Below are positions 38,591-52,340 of a stretch of DNA of 64,000 nucleotides, in pieces (position 1 is the first letter of the stretch; every line of letters begins with the position of its first letter). The DNA comes from Fimbriosthenelais zetlandica (lineage: Eukaryota): assembly GCA_977030845.1 (NCBI GenBank), contig OZ365115.1, positions 2,046,001 to 2,110,000 on the forward strand, read 5' to 3'. Below the pieces are notes generated by a model. It had not been told where the DNA came from and did no database searches. It was given only the letters and a program-made list of their open reading frames with translations. The translations under genes were made by a program, and so were the position numbers.

Positions 38591-40629
38591 ATAAATGAGT
38601 GAGAAGGGTGGCTCAAAGAAAGAGCAGAAAGGCCTCAGCGGGGTAATTTGTCTGACCCCACACTTGGCTAGCTCGGGCCCCTTGTGGGCGTTTTCCCATG
38701 GCAATTATTCCAACTAATACATGCATCCATCAGTCTCTCGCCTACCCCATCACATTTACCCCGTACCCCACTCCCTTTATGAGCCTCCTCATCCCATAGG
38801 ACTCTGCTAGAATATAATTATATAAGTGCATGAAAGTCGTGGACATTATTGCTGAGCTTGCTTACAACACAGAAATTACGAACTTGAAAGTTCAAAGGAT
38901 AAGAATTGTTACAATTCATTGCTTGTCATTGGCCTTCCCGCTTGCCTAACCATCCTCTCTACTGGATCTCCCGAGGTCCCTTCCTGTCTTTGCCTTACCC
39001 CACTTCTGCTTCCATTCCTCCCTTCCTGAATCCACCCCTCACTTCTTGCCACCTCTCCTCGATTTCTGGCCCCACCCCACCCTTCCTGACTCATCCCTTC
39101 CCTTACATCCATTCCCTTCCTTTCACTTTAACCCCAACACAAAACATTTTGTACTCGCAACAAACACCAGACCCCACTTAAACTACCACTAAGTACCAGC
39201 AGTGTCCAAGCAACATATTACTGTGTTAGCAATAGCATGAGTACAATCCATAAAAGCTGTCATAATTCTGACAATTTCATTTTTATAAGCATCTGAAGCA
39301 ATTACGATAAGACAGATGCACGAGAGGAGCTCATTGACGAGGCGAGCTGGATACAGAGCTGTTTCTCATGAGGTGTACACAAAAATAGTTCACACTGGAT
39401 TATATTTCATGTTGGGGCCTGTAACCATCAGTAAAATTACACCAACAGTGCTTTTTAGCTCCACTTTCTTCTCATGATATAAAATACAGTCCAAGGGATA
39501 CTCTGACATGTAACATTTTATAACGTTTTGTGCATCCTTTTGTGTTTCACATTACATGCCAGGAATTTAATGAGTTTTGAAAATTCTAAATTGACAACAA
39601 AGTTAATACATGCACATGTACAGCCTGTTAAAACATCTTAGGAGAACATATATATTTAGAACCGTGTAAGTGCCTAAACTAGCTTTAGTTCTGTAATTGA
39701 TATTTGCATGACATTTCAGCCGGTAATGCCTCACAATTGATGTATAGATTGTTTCTTTTCACTTTGGGCCAACTCATCACATAGTTCCAGCAGGCCAACT
39801 CCTTTAAAGCGGCTCTATCGCTGTCCAGAGATGTATATAGTTCCACTGACATTCTTATATAATGAATGTTGTGCTAATTTATATATTCCCAGCCAATGCC
39901 CAGCCTGCATTCAGGGTCAAACAGTTCAAACTGGCAGACCGATCCTTATGTAGGAAATTTAAATAACATTCATCACAGTAACAGTGCTGTTTTAAATCAA
40001 CTATTCCAAAATATTCACTTCTCTCCCTTCTAAGTTCTGGATCCTTTTAGCCCTACAGACTCTACAGCAACTGGTATTATGTTATACCATAACCGGAAGC
40101 CCTGGATTAGCCAGTGAAGGGACCTGAAGTGTGGGGTCAAAGGCCCTGTCAGTGAAGGGCCTATAGTGTTGACAATCAAGTCCCTGAGGGTCGAATGGAC
40201 ATTTACGTGCGTCGAGCTGGTGTTGATATGTAAAACATTGTTTGACAGGAAGCTGGGTTTACATCCTGTATTCTGTCACCAGAAGGTCAACCGGTCCCAC
40301 AGGAGGTATCCCTACGCGGCACAATATAGTACCTAGATAGTACCTCACAAGGCTTCCTCCAGGACGGCTCGTGTCTTTTGTGTCTTCCGGACATGTAATA
40401 GTCTGTACCACTGTACCATCTAAGCTCGAGACTTAAGCCTTTCTCTGGGCTGTTTTGCGGATATATCTTGGCACAGAGTTTAGTATCGGCCTTTTCAAAG
40501 TGTAATATAATTACTGAGAGGAATTCCCAGAAAACGGGAATGAATGGAAGACATGTGTCATGACGTTGGAAAAGGATCTATATTTTTTTGCATTTCTATC
40601 TCACTGATGAAGAGTGCAGATTTCCCCTA

Positions 40630-40765
40630 CGCTTCCTGCCCTCCCACCCTGCCCCTTCTTGCCCTGCCACCCTGCCACCCTGCCCCTTCTTGCCCTGCCA
40701 CCCTCCCACCCTGCCCCTTCTTGCCCTCCCACCCTGCCCCTTCCTGCCCCTTCTTGCCCTCCCGT
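40630..40765. repeat. Pyrimidine-rich minisatellite (GCCCCTTCTT / GCCCT / CCACCCT units)
   Basis: Direct reading of the sequence. Confidence 0.85.
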
Positions 40766-42604
40766 CTAAGGAATCTTCCCTTCTTTCCTTGATCTACATT
40801 TCTAAATTTGACCATCTCTCGCCCTTCCATTGTCCTGCCTCCCCCTTCTGCTTCCTGTCCCTCCCGCTGCTCTTGGGTCTCCCCGACCCCATAACTGCCC
40901 TTCCCTTACCATTTTCTTTTCCCTTTTCTCTGCCTTTCCATGATCCTATACCGTCCCTTTCTCTTCCTCTCCCTTCATCCTAATTCCCCCTCCCCTTCCT
41001 CCCTGGCCCTGCTGCCCTTCCTCAATTTGACCTTATTCAGTAAATCCATTAGGCTCTTCTTTCTTTCTCCCTCTGCCAGCTCGACTTATTCCTGGCGGGA
41101 TTACCCAACATTAGAATGCACTGTTTGTATCCAGCCCCAGGGGTGAGGTTAAGTCTCAGAACCATTGTGCATCCATATTTTCTTGGCCCAACGTCAACTC
41201 TAGTTCATAACCCATTTGTTTACAGATCAATTGAGATCAATTTAAAATTCACAAAGCTTTCGACTTGAATATGAATCTAATCTGTTAGTCTTTTCAAAAA
41301 TCCATCCTAAGAGATTATGAACTGCTTTTTGGTCGGTTATTTCCCATTGCACAGTTAGTTTGTTTCTCGATCTCTTCCCTGTTCATGGGGTTGTTTGAAC
41401 ATTATATTTCCTGTGTACAACAGTGATTCAGTGATTGTTCTTGGGTCATTGTCTCACTGTTGCACAGTGAATCTAGGCTGTTAGCCGCCTGTGTCCCTGC
41501 ATGCCCAATGGTGATTTGGGGCTTGTTTTCCAGTCATTGTCTTCTTCCTGTCTGACAGTGATTCTGGGGTTGTTTTAAACCATTCCTGCCGTACAGTGAT
41601 TCTGGCGGGGTGGTTTTCATGCCTTGCTACTAGCCATTACTCCCCCGAGCCCCCCCCCCCCCCCCCCCACCCACCCAGCAGCTGAATGAGATCTGAGCAT
41701 CACTCCACTTTCTAGAGACAGGGTAAGTTTACACCACCGGGTTGTGTAATTTTACCACCAAGTTGTGTAATTCTATCTAGTCCGGAGGATTGTGTTTGTA
41801 AAGCAGATAAGACAGTGTCTTATACACTATAATACAATGGGAAGGATGGATGATTGGATGGATGAATTTATGGATGGATGGATGAATTTGAATTTAACGC
41901 CATGTAACTTAAGCTGCTTCAGCCATCTTCATGGCGAAAGGAGGAAGAGCGAAAGACAGAAAACCATAGATAAAAGCATCGAAAAGTGATATATATTATG
42001 GAGCATATGGAGACCACCCAACTTATACATTCTGCTCAGTTAGAGCAGTTCAGAAGAGCAGTACATTGTAATAACTCATTGTGTGTGAAGGGAGTCCTGG
42101 GAGGAGAGAGGGGGGAGAGGAGAGGGAGGGGGGAGGGAGAGGAGGGAGGAGAGGTTACAGTATGGGGCTCTAAGTTATACTCCAATGAATCATAGATGTG
42201 GCACACCAAGCCTTAACATAACAATACAGGCAAGAGGGAGAGGGGTGGCGGGGAGAGGGATGGGGCGAGGGAGGAGGGATGGCGGGGAGGGGGAGGGAGG
42301 AGGGATGGCGGGGAGGGGGAGGGGGACAATGGCTGGAGTAGGGCCAGTCTCCCACTTTAGGCGACAATAACTCATGAAAATGTTCCCAGTAAATACTACT
42401 GGGCTAAATACCGTCTGTCATATGAACATTAACCGCTTTAACCTGACAGTATTACTACATGCTATAAATGGTGTACATGTATGCACCAGTGAGTGTGTTC
42501 TGCCAAAGGGGACCATTTAAAAACCCTTCTGTACTTAATTTATTCACTAATCAATATCGTCACGATAAGCCTTTGTCGCAAGGTGTATGTGACAACTTAC
42601 GATA

Positions 42605-42973
42605 GAAGCGACAATGGTCCTCCATTGCAGCGACATTTTCATGCAGAAATTGAAGCGACATGGGACGACAGAGGCCTCCATTGGTGCGACACTGTCTTGC
42701 GACATTACCTGAATACCATCAGCAAATCATATGACCACATCAGCGACAACCTGCCTCCATTGCCGCGACAATGTCGTGCGACAGGGCCACTTCCGGTTAC
42801 CAACCAGTAGTTCCGTTTCGTTTCACCCTCTGGCCAGGCTTTCTTAATCCCACCCAATAGTTTTGCCTTTCGTCAGTTTAGACCTGCCTTGTTTATGTGA
42901 CGCCCTCTTGGAATGAGTATGGTCATGCCAGGCTTGTCGCCGACAGGCTTGTCGCCGCAGTGGAGGCCCGGCT
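42605..42973. mobile_element. Degenerate element of the same family with three internal TIR-like units
   Basis: GCGACA-n5-CCTCCATTG..GCGACA occurs near 42608, 42663 and 42742. Right end GCAGTGGAGGCCCGGCT+TAA at 42957-42976. Confidence 0.55.
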
Positions 42974-43271
42974 TAAGACTTTGGTGCATGTGATCTGAGG
43001 CCTGGCATTTATCTTATTGTGGCCTCACGGACCCACACAGACTCTAACATCAACAATTAATGAAGGTCGAGAAGCAGACCAGAGACACAGACGGCATAAA
43101 GAGCAGGGACATGGTCCGCACTGACTATACGATATATATATATATATATAGTCCCTCCAGCTCTACTGTTTATACGGTGCATGCATCACCATATGTCACA
43201 TATGTGGCCATCTTATTGTCCAATTATAGCCTGACGACACTCAGACGACAATCTGATGTAGCGACATCAGG

Positions 43272-43467
43272 AGCTGGGGATCCACTGCTGCGATATTGAT
43301 TGCAATTGCGACTGCTTCTGACCCAATGAAACATGCACAAGTGGAGGACGATCTAAGGGCTTGGTCAGGCACTTCCACCACAATTCATCAGATTTATTGC
43401 AACACCACCATCGCCTCTGTCGCAGTAAAAGTGTCGCAAGATAAATCGCAGCAGTGGAGTCTCAGTT
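43272..43467. mobile_element. Harbinger-like MITE, same family as 37369
   Basis: Inner TIR TCCACTGCTGCGAT / ATCGCAGCAGTGGA; shares GTGTCGCAAG..AAATCGCAGCAGTGGA with 37442-37470. Confidence 0.7.
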
Positions 43468-44133
43468 TAAGAATGTGTCATCGTTTACCCAACCAATGTC
43501 TATCTTCGAATGAACCGCTCATGCGCTCAAAAATATTTTAATTTTTATCCCCACCAATCCAAGACAAAACTTGTCCAGGCTGTCTTGGTACATACATTAA
43601 TAATCTGTTTGGGTGGCTAAAGAATGCATGGACTATGGACCCAGTGGGATCTTGTTTGATAGTAGTAGGCAGAGTTTTCTGTGGCATTTTGTTACACAGT
43701 AGAGCAGAGAATTAATAATCAACCGACAAAACAGTACTGAAACCTGTGGGAGTACTGGGAGCGTCCGAGCAAGATCTACTGGTATCGACCACAAGCTTTA
43801 TAATGGATTATTGAATGTACCTGTAATGCAGGTCGATTTAATGTCTGCCCCTCACTCCCGCCTTCATCCAATAAAGCGCTGCAATATAAAAAATACTCCA
43901 ATATTATCGCTACGTGTGTGCTCCACTCCCAATAATCCCGACTCTCCCTTACAAGCTGTTACATGCACGCTCTTACGACGGCAAAAATACAGACTTGGTA
44001 CAAGCGATCGTCAGTGGATCATGCAGTGCGAACTCTTACCAGTGTTATAAAGCCTTTCCTCAACTTATGAGCCTCCTGGGCAACAAATGTGAAAGTCCCT
44101 TAGATATTCTCAGACGACTCCTAATAATCGTAA

Positions 44134-44255
44134 GGCCAATAAGCACTGGCACAACATCATGAGCACCAAAAGGAGTTCACAAAACTTTCCGAAATCTTCT
44201 GCGGCCATACGCGAAAATTTATAGATAACAAAAATGGAACCATTGGCTCTTGGCC
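44134..44255. mobile_element. Possible small Harbinger-like MITE
   Basis: TAA-GGCCAA...TTGGCC-TAA; short TIR only. Confidence 0.35.
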
Positions 44256-45376
44256 TAAGTGGATAACACACTTTAGGCTGAACGTCCCAATCTAGAGGCA
44301 ATCTGCCCAATCTAGAGGCAATCTGGCAAACTACTACTGATAACGACGTCTGCTATATATCAGATGATAAGAGGTAATCAATAAACACAAACTGTGACTG
44401 TTATTGGTTCAAGTTTCGGCTTATAGTGAATACAATACATAACTTAGCATTATAGTGGGTATATGACTATATATGAGGAAGGCCAGGGGACCAGTGAATG
44501 TTCCCGGTATAGTCATGGCGTGTGGTAATACAATCTAGAAACTGCTACGTCGATCTATATGTATACATGTATACACTCCCAACTCTCTCACGCTTTATAA
44601 ATCTGTATACATCTATACGAACCTATACCAGAGGTTATATGGGTCGCTGCTATTGCAAGGAGGAAACAGCTCACAGTTTGTTCTCGCATTTCTGACGAGT
44701 ACAGGGCCGGGATTTTTGATAGTGGTGGGTCGATGTGGGTCTGGCGGTAAATCTCAACCCTGTGGCTCTAAACATTGAGTGCCAAACCATCATCTCCTAA
44801 AGAGGCTGGCTGTATAGCTAGTAGGAGGGGATCTCCTATTACATGCCGCAAGGAAATGGCAGCGATACTTGCAAGAATGGCAAGAATGGCGAGGCAAGAA
44901 CCCCATTAGTATCTTATATCCAAACGGAGAAGAAAAAGAACCCAACAATTCAGAAACCGAGACCATGAATTCATGCAGTTACCTTTGATTTCTGCAAATT
45001 CGAATACGAACTCAATAGAATTAAATGACCATTAAAAGACACAAAAACAAAGCACACATAATGTGAGTCGATCATTAGGTATAATGAATGATTCCCATGC
45101 CCCTTTAATGGTTATAATGAATGATTCCCATGCCCCTTTAACCTTTTTTCTGACCTCCCCTCATAGACAGATACCACATAGCCATTGTTTGCTCTTACCT
45201 CCACCCATTGTTGTGGTTACCTTGGCGACACGTCACTGATCAATGCTGATTCAATGAGCGGAAGGAATGGCGGCCACAATCAGAACGAGGCTTGAACGCC
45301 TACAAGAGAAACAGTTGGGTGTTTTATAGCAGCAACACTAACAACACAAATCTCATAACATCAGACGATCCCGGTC

Positions 45377-45657
45377 CACGGTAAAAAAGATGGTTATTAC
45401 AGTACTCAATACTGAGCTGAAGTGTACACTGTAAAAACAGATGGTTATTACACCACTCATTACTGAGCTGAAGTGTACACTCTAAAAAGAGATGGTTATT
45501 ACACCACTCATTACTGAGCTGAAGTGTACACTGTAAAAAGAGATGGTTATTACACCACTCATTAAAGACATGAATCGTACACTGTAAAAAGAGATGTTTA
45601 TTACACCATTTCAGAGATGAAACATGAATTTTGCACTGTAGAGAGTAATGGTTATTT
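45377..45657. repeat. 51-bp minisatellite, about 5.5 copies
   Basis: Unit ACACTGTAAAAAGAGATGGTTATTACACCACTCATTACTGAGCTGAAGTGT; outer copies are degenerate. Confidence 0.9.
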
Positions 45658-47842
45658 TAATGTCTATTTCCCTGATTAAATCCAGAATTGATAATAGTAA
45701 AAGGGTCATTGATGTCATCAGATTAGGTTAACAGATATTATAAAATATTTAATATGCAGAATATGAAAAATAGCTAAAAGCCTAAACTTCGAACAGGTAT
45801 ATGGCATATATTTCCAATGTAGAACTGAGCATTGGAAACCAACAAAACACTGATTTTCAGTGCCCTGATATATTCCTGATATGTTACCACAAAACCAATG
45901 TTAGAGTCTTTGATTCAATTTGATCTCAAATTGAAAAATATCTCCATAAAGATTCTATATAGTACAGAGTGGGAAGGCCTCGCGTCCCAGGCCCGGGAGG
46001 ATGAAGACGGTATATGGGAAGCTTTCTATACAATCTACAGACTATATTCCCCGAGGGCCAAAACCAAATTACAAGTTTACACCAAATGGACAAAACAGGT
46101 CACTGAGCGCATGCAGTGAGGAGGAAACAACAGCGGATAAACGGAATGACCTTTTTACTATTCACATTGCAGTCATGTTTCTATGGCAACTAATTCTTTA
46201 TTCATGGTGATGAAAATACGAGTCCATAATGTAATCATGTTGTGAAATTGGAATGTTCCCATGGCAACACGGCTGGTCCCCAGTCTCACTTCATGTAAAC
46301 ACATTCTGTCTGTTCATAACCAGCATGTTCTTGATTCAGACCGAGGCTGTAGCAGTCACATGACCCAGACACGTGACATCTAGTTAGAGGGACCGCCACA
46401 GAGGGTGCGCGGGTGCCTGCTGGTGGCTGTTTACACTGTATTTGGACATTTCCCATCAATTAAGCGAGTGGACCGTCGTTTTGTTTGTTAGTATGCATGG
46501 GACTGGTGGAATTTGATGTAAAAATGAAGAATTAATGGAGTCTGACACACTGTTAAAATACTCAATCAAGTTTTCACTGTTAAACTGCATTATTTTAATC
46601 TGTATTGAAATAACAAGATTCTATAACGACATCCAGAAAAACAATAATGGGCTTACATCGGGAGTGTCTAAACCATTTACTGAGGTATTTACTTCACACA
46701 AAATCCAATTAATACAAGCAAAAGTAACAGTGCCAGCCCTAAATGGCTTTGGTATTATTACATTACATTTCTTATATTATTTGTATTTATTTATTTTCTT
46801 TTCGGAGGGTGATTCCTAAAGGTCACATGATCATGTATGTGTATTGTACTATGTATACACTGCAAAATTAATACAGATTACAGGGGGATCCTGTTAAATT
46901 TACAGGACTGTATGGGTTCAAAATATTCAGTTATGTAAAATCAGATTCGATACATCCAATATAGCACCCCCCATAGGTCTGACCCTATAATAGCTGGTAT
47001 ACAAGCCTGCATTCATGAATACTGGTGGAAGATGGAATCCCCATCCACCTCCCCACCAGCCCAGGCCAATTGAGGGTACAGGCCGATATGGCCGCTTTGT
47101 AATGTCGTGTATCATGTTCAATACAGACGTTGTATGGAGGTTTGGTAGTACTTTAGATAAGGAGCAGGATTTGAGTGGAGGAGTATAGCAGTGGATGGTA
47201 GACACACAGATGGTTAGTCACGAACTGTCGGTGCATTCAAACACCATCATTGATTTTCCACGCTCTACTTCAAACAAAACAACAACACGCCCAGAGAGTG
47301 AGAGGCACAGCCATAGGGTTAATACAGTCCACATTGAACACTGATGGGTCTTGGGTTCGAACCCAAAGCTTTCCAAGATCCTAAGGAAGCTCATCCATAT
47401 GGTTATGGTTAATAACAACAGGTCCTGGGTTCGAAACCGAAGTTTTTCAAGATCATGCATGCTATATTAGACCACAAGATGAGGGGAGATGTCCCCAACA
47501 TTCTGACACAATTTACCATTGTCCGTCTACTCCCAGTGCTGCAAGCTGGGTTTTCAAAGGCCAGCCGTCACTCTCACTGTATGGAGTCAGAGGCAAGTTC
47601 AAAAGAACCATTGCTGCCTTTTGAGAAGATTTAAATTTCCAAAGTACAAAACTGTACACGCTGAACAGAATATTGAACAGACAAACTAAAGCTCGTACAT
47701 CCATGACCTTATACTGCACTGAGACTATATCATCATGATAAAACCTCCTGAATTAAAGACAAATACAATAAAACATAAATTGTATAAGAGCCCTTGTTGT
47801 GAACACTCCACCCTGGCATGCCTGTAGCCGTAGCTTACCACT

Positions 47843-47930
47843 ACTACAGTCCGTTCACTCTATGTTGATCCGAAACCACAGTACGAATGTATGGGGGTTT
47901 CGGATCAACTTAGAGTGAACGGACTATAGT
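47843..47930. repeat. Near-perfect inverted repeat / fold-back mini-MITE
   Basis: 35-bp arms (47843-47877, 47896-47930) with 2 mismatches and an 18-nt loop; TA-CAGT terminus typical of Tc1/mariner-derived MITEs. Confidence 0.85.
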
Positions 47931-49102
47931 GCGGTCTATTTTGGTCACCAACCATTGGATGAATTGCTTTTGATGAGGGATGCCCCTTTAATTAGTGAAT
48001 GTCCTCCCGTCCCCCTTTAATCAGTCGCGACTGACTATTGTTAACCATCGAGACCACTTAGTCCTCGTCTGAGGGGGGTGGGGGGGGGGGGGACGTCTCG
48101 TACTCGAACCAATGTAAAATACTGGGTGGGGGAGAAATAAAAACAAAATTATTTACAATAATGTCTGATTAAAGTTGTGTTCATCAAATGGGGACAAGAA
48201 TAGGAATACATGATTTTGCCATTAGAAGAAGAACTATTACGGAAATATAGAAAAGAAGGATCATTTAGTATCTAAATTATTTAACTTAAATGACAAACAA
48301 ATCTATTGATGTTTCACTCAGTTTTGACAGTTTTTAGGTGTGGCGAATCCTGTCAATACACATGGTAATGTTCCCAGAAGAATTCAATATCCACTGAGAA
48401 CGAAGGATTGAAATATAATCACAGTGAAAATACGTTCATTTAGTACCAAGTAGTATAGAGAAATAGACCAATGTGGCTGGGTAGTATGAGTAGTATAGAA
48501 AAAGTGGAATGAAGTGACGGCTGACAAAGGCTTTGGTTAGGCTATAAACCAGTGTGAGTAGTAGATAGAAATTGGACATTGATTCAGGGAGTCATTCATT
48601 GTATCTGGTTAATGTGAACAAATAATGTGAACATAAGTTTGAAATAACCATACTTGACTGAATTTCATTCAATACAGTGTAACTCTTGGGTACATTTGAT
48701 CCCGATTGTATATGAATATGTCCATATCTATGGGCTAACGGTGGTGCGTATTCCATTTGAACGGACTATTCCCAGTGTGTGTATCTGTTGGTGAGATCAT
48801 GACACTATAATATGCTTCCATACCCTCATGCAATCCAACCATCCTAATGTTCGACGTTTTTATTTGTAAATAATCACATCCACAAACCTCTATCAGATAT
48901 ATACATCTCTATCACGCGCTCTGCCATTCGGTTTGCTGCCTTTTTATAATGTCCATCAATGCCTTTTTATATGAAATGATAATAATGTTGATTACAAAAA
49001 TGTGACTTTACATTATAAAAGTACGGCACTGTATGTCATGTCTCCTCCACCTCCCCATCTCTCCATCATCCCATCCCAACCATCCATTAAATGTTTCCTT
49101 CA

Positions 49103-49289
49103 CACTCTAAGAAAAATCTTAATTTCAAATTGTCAAAAAAAAATGGAAAATTGTCATTTGAATGACTATTGTATTCCATTTGAAAACTTCATTGTATATG
49201 CTACATTCTTATCTGTGTTATGTTTTGTCACATACATGTTAATTTATAAATATTGTTTTATCACATTAGTGGAGACATTTTTTAGAGTG
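49103..49289. mobile_element. CACTA/EnSpm-like non-autonomous element
   Basis: Termini CACTCTAAGAAAAA / TTTTTTAGAGTG. Confidence 0.5.
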
Positions 49290-49509
49290 TGGATTATTTC
49301 CACAGCTTCCCTATCTATCTTGCCTACCAGTCCAACACTTGGTGGTCGTTAGACTCCTCAGTCTAGTGTGCAGGCTTGTCATCCACCATGCACTCTACCA
49401 CCTACCAAGTGGGGGCTGGGGCTGGGGACATGAAAAGTCCAAATCGTGCTATTTCAATTTGAAGGAAATTCAGGGAAAACAAGTTATATATTCTATATTG
49501 AAAATTAAC

Positions 49510-49830
49510 TCTCTCTGTCTCTGTCTGTCTCTGTCTGTCTCTCTCTGTCTGTCTGTCTCTCTATCTCTCGCTCCCTCTCATCTCATCTGTCTCTACCCCA
49601 CATATGCCTCTCTGGCTCTCTATCTCCCTCTCCTCTTTCTCTCTCTATCTCCCTCTCCTCTTTCTTTCTTTCTTTCTCTCTTCTCTATACCTCTCTCTTC
49701 TATATCTGCCGTTCCCCTGTATACTAATCTGCCTCTCTTTTCTCTACCTCTCTCTCTATCTGCCTCTCCCCGGTATCTCTCTCTCTCTCTCTATCTGCCT
49801 CTCCACTCTCTCTCTCTCTCATTGCCTTTC
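49510..49830. repeat. Compound (CT)n microsatellite
   Basis: CTCT/CTGT runs. Confidence 0.9.
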
Positions 49831-52340
49831 GCTGCATATTGATGGGTGTACCATTGGAAGCACCAACTACCAGCACCAGCCAGCTGCCTGCCACCATGGA
49901 GCTACCATAGAGCTACCGTATACTACCGTGGTCCAAAATGTGCAAGACAATCGATACGGGGCACTGATTCTCACAGTGCAACTATTACAGTTGAGTCTCA
50001 ACTACATAGTTGAGTCTCAAATATATTAGTTGAGTCTCTTTGATTCACTGACACTGGGAAGTGTGATGGTTACTAAAGTGCATGGGCGTAAAAAGACTGT
50101 TCATTATTTTTGGTCGCTTTGGAGAATATATCTAAGTGGTGATATTCATTTTGATGTTAACCATTAATTAATTCTTTAGCCCTAGATTATTATATAGAAA
50201 ATGATCGCTTTGGTTGAGGTGGTAGCTATAATTAGCCTCAAATTAATGTATTTCAACGGGGAATTCATTTTCATTTTAGAAGCATGACAGGCAGCATGCA
50301 GTATATTGACTTATATTTGGTGATTAACATTTGGGCCACGGTAGTAAACCGTGTGAGCGTTGGGAGGTTTGAAGAGGAATCATGGGAAGGAGGAACGAGA
50401 GGAGGAGGAAGGGGAGGAGGAGGAGGGAAGGGTGAGGTCTGCACGTGGGGACCTAGACCAGAGATATAAAGCCCTTACTGTGGTGGATAAAACAGCTATA
50501 GAGGGCATCAAGCTAGCATTAAGGCCCTTATCATGGGCTTCTGACACAGGATGAGGTCATGTTTCCATGGTGAAGGACTCGGGAAGGTTACACAGCTGTG
50601 GGCAGGCCATGACTGCAGCAGGACGAGGCAGTATTTAGGGAAGGACTGGAGGAGGTGGCGGAGGAGGAGGAGGTGGGGAGGAGGAGGAGGAGGAGAAGGC
50701 GGGAGAGGAGTTGTAGGAGCAGGAGCTGGAGGGAGAAATACCCCAAGGTTTAATTCCATGACCTTGAATTGTGGAATGTACCGGGATGCAAGAGGGACAC
50801 TGCCTAGATGTACTGGTAGCTGCGTATCCATGGATACGATTTGATGGTTATATGGATATGTACGAGATTCCATCCATCTGCAAGGCCTTCTATGGTGATA
50901 TCCACTTGAAAAGGTTGGTTTATTATTCCCATATAATATATAATGCATCTAGCTGCAATACACTATTTGCTCTTGGTTGTGCTCTAAAATCTGATATTAA
51001 TTTTTCATGTTTTGGTGTGTATTTCAGGGGTTGGTGTATTGATGTTCAACTGATGTGTATGTCTATTCAGACAATGCAAATAAGCCCATCCAGGGGGTCG
51101 GGGTATCATCGATTAATAGATGCATATCTGTTTATTCATGCCAAGTGTTCAAAAACTCTTCAGTGCCAATAATATTGCTTTGGAAAATAGAGTTTTTGTA
51201 AGATTAAAACGGATTGGCTTCAAAGAAGGCTTGACAAAAAAGCCATAGATAATTCACAGAGGGATTGCTGGACCGGGGAAGGGGGATCCGCCATTGTGGT
51301 GCATTCGGCATATATAATCTGTTCATCTCATCTCTGGGGTGGTGGTGGTGACGGGTGATGTCCATTCACACAATAGGTGTTGAGGGGATTTTCGAACGCT
51401 GCTAGAGGTTAATAGAAAAAGGTAGAGAGGGTGGAAGTGTGGGCGAGGCTGCACGGGTGTGATTACCACTATATATATGATACTCCAGGGACTAATCGCT
51501 ATATGAATAGCTTCAAGTGACAATATAGCATGTCCAACTGTCACTTACACCGCCAATACATCATTCATAGGTGTCACATAGGTGTCACATGAGTTGACAG
51601 CGTTATCATTGCAGCTGTCACAACGAATTCGCCTCAGTTTATATTAGCTGAGCTTTATTCAAATTGTATATCAAATGCGAAGGTAAATGGAGATGTTTAA
51701 TTCTCGTTTGTAATGTTCCAGAAGAATTGTTGTAGAACATTCGATTGCATGCAGAGGAGGGGTAGGGGATTTTGATATTAAAAGATCCAAGGGTGTCCAA
51801 GGGTATGGGCAGTAGTTCCGGAACATTCCACAGCTAATATCTTATGGTATGAACGCCATATCATTCTTTCCTCCCCAGTTTGTTTTGAAAAAGAAATCAC
51901 TGCCAAACAACATTGTTTTCTCTACTCAGACACCCTTCACCCTGCCCCCATCTCTACAAAATGGCCTCATTATGGCAATATTTTCTTGTTAGGAAAGGTT
52001 GGTATTCCAATGTGACAACCTCAAAATGGATTATGGGACGAGGAAAAATGGAAAGAAAACAAAGTAGACAGGGAAAGGAGATTGATGTTGACTTTAAGGA
52101 GAGTAGAATAGTGAGGATATTCCAAGGGGCTGCTGTTCTGAAATGCTTCATGTTTAAATTGTATTTGAAATGGTCTCTGCTGAACTCCATCTCAATGTTT
52201 TCATTTTGTTCTTCCTTATTGTTAAGATCATTCGATTTGTTTTCTGGCAAGCAGTTAAAATAATACATTCTATTGTATGACTTCAGAGATATGATTAAAT
52301 AAATGATATAAATAATGACAAGAATAGGCTGAATAGATAA

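Noticed and set aside
38059-38704. Several ORFs of 60-181 aa
   Set aside because: Translations of the (GA)n microsatellite.
40544-41146. Pro/Leu- and Gly-rich ORFs
   Set aside because: Minisatellite translation.
49339-51172. ORFs of 61-167 aa
   Set aside because: They derive from CT- and G-rich low-complexity tracts, with no domain or splice support.
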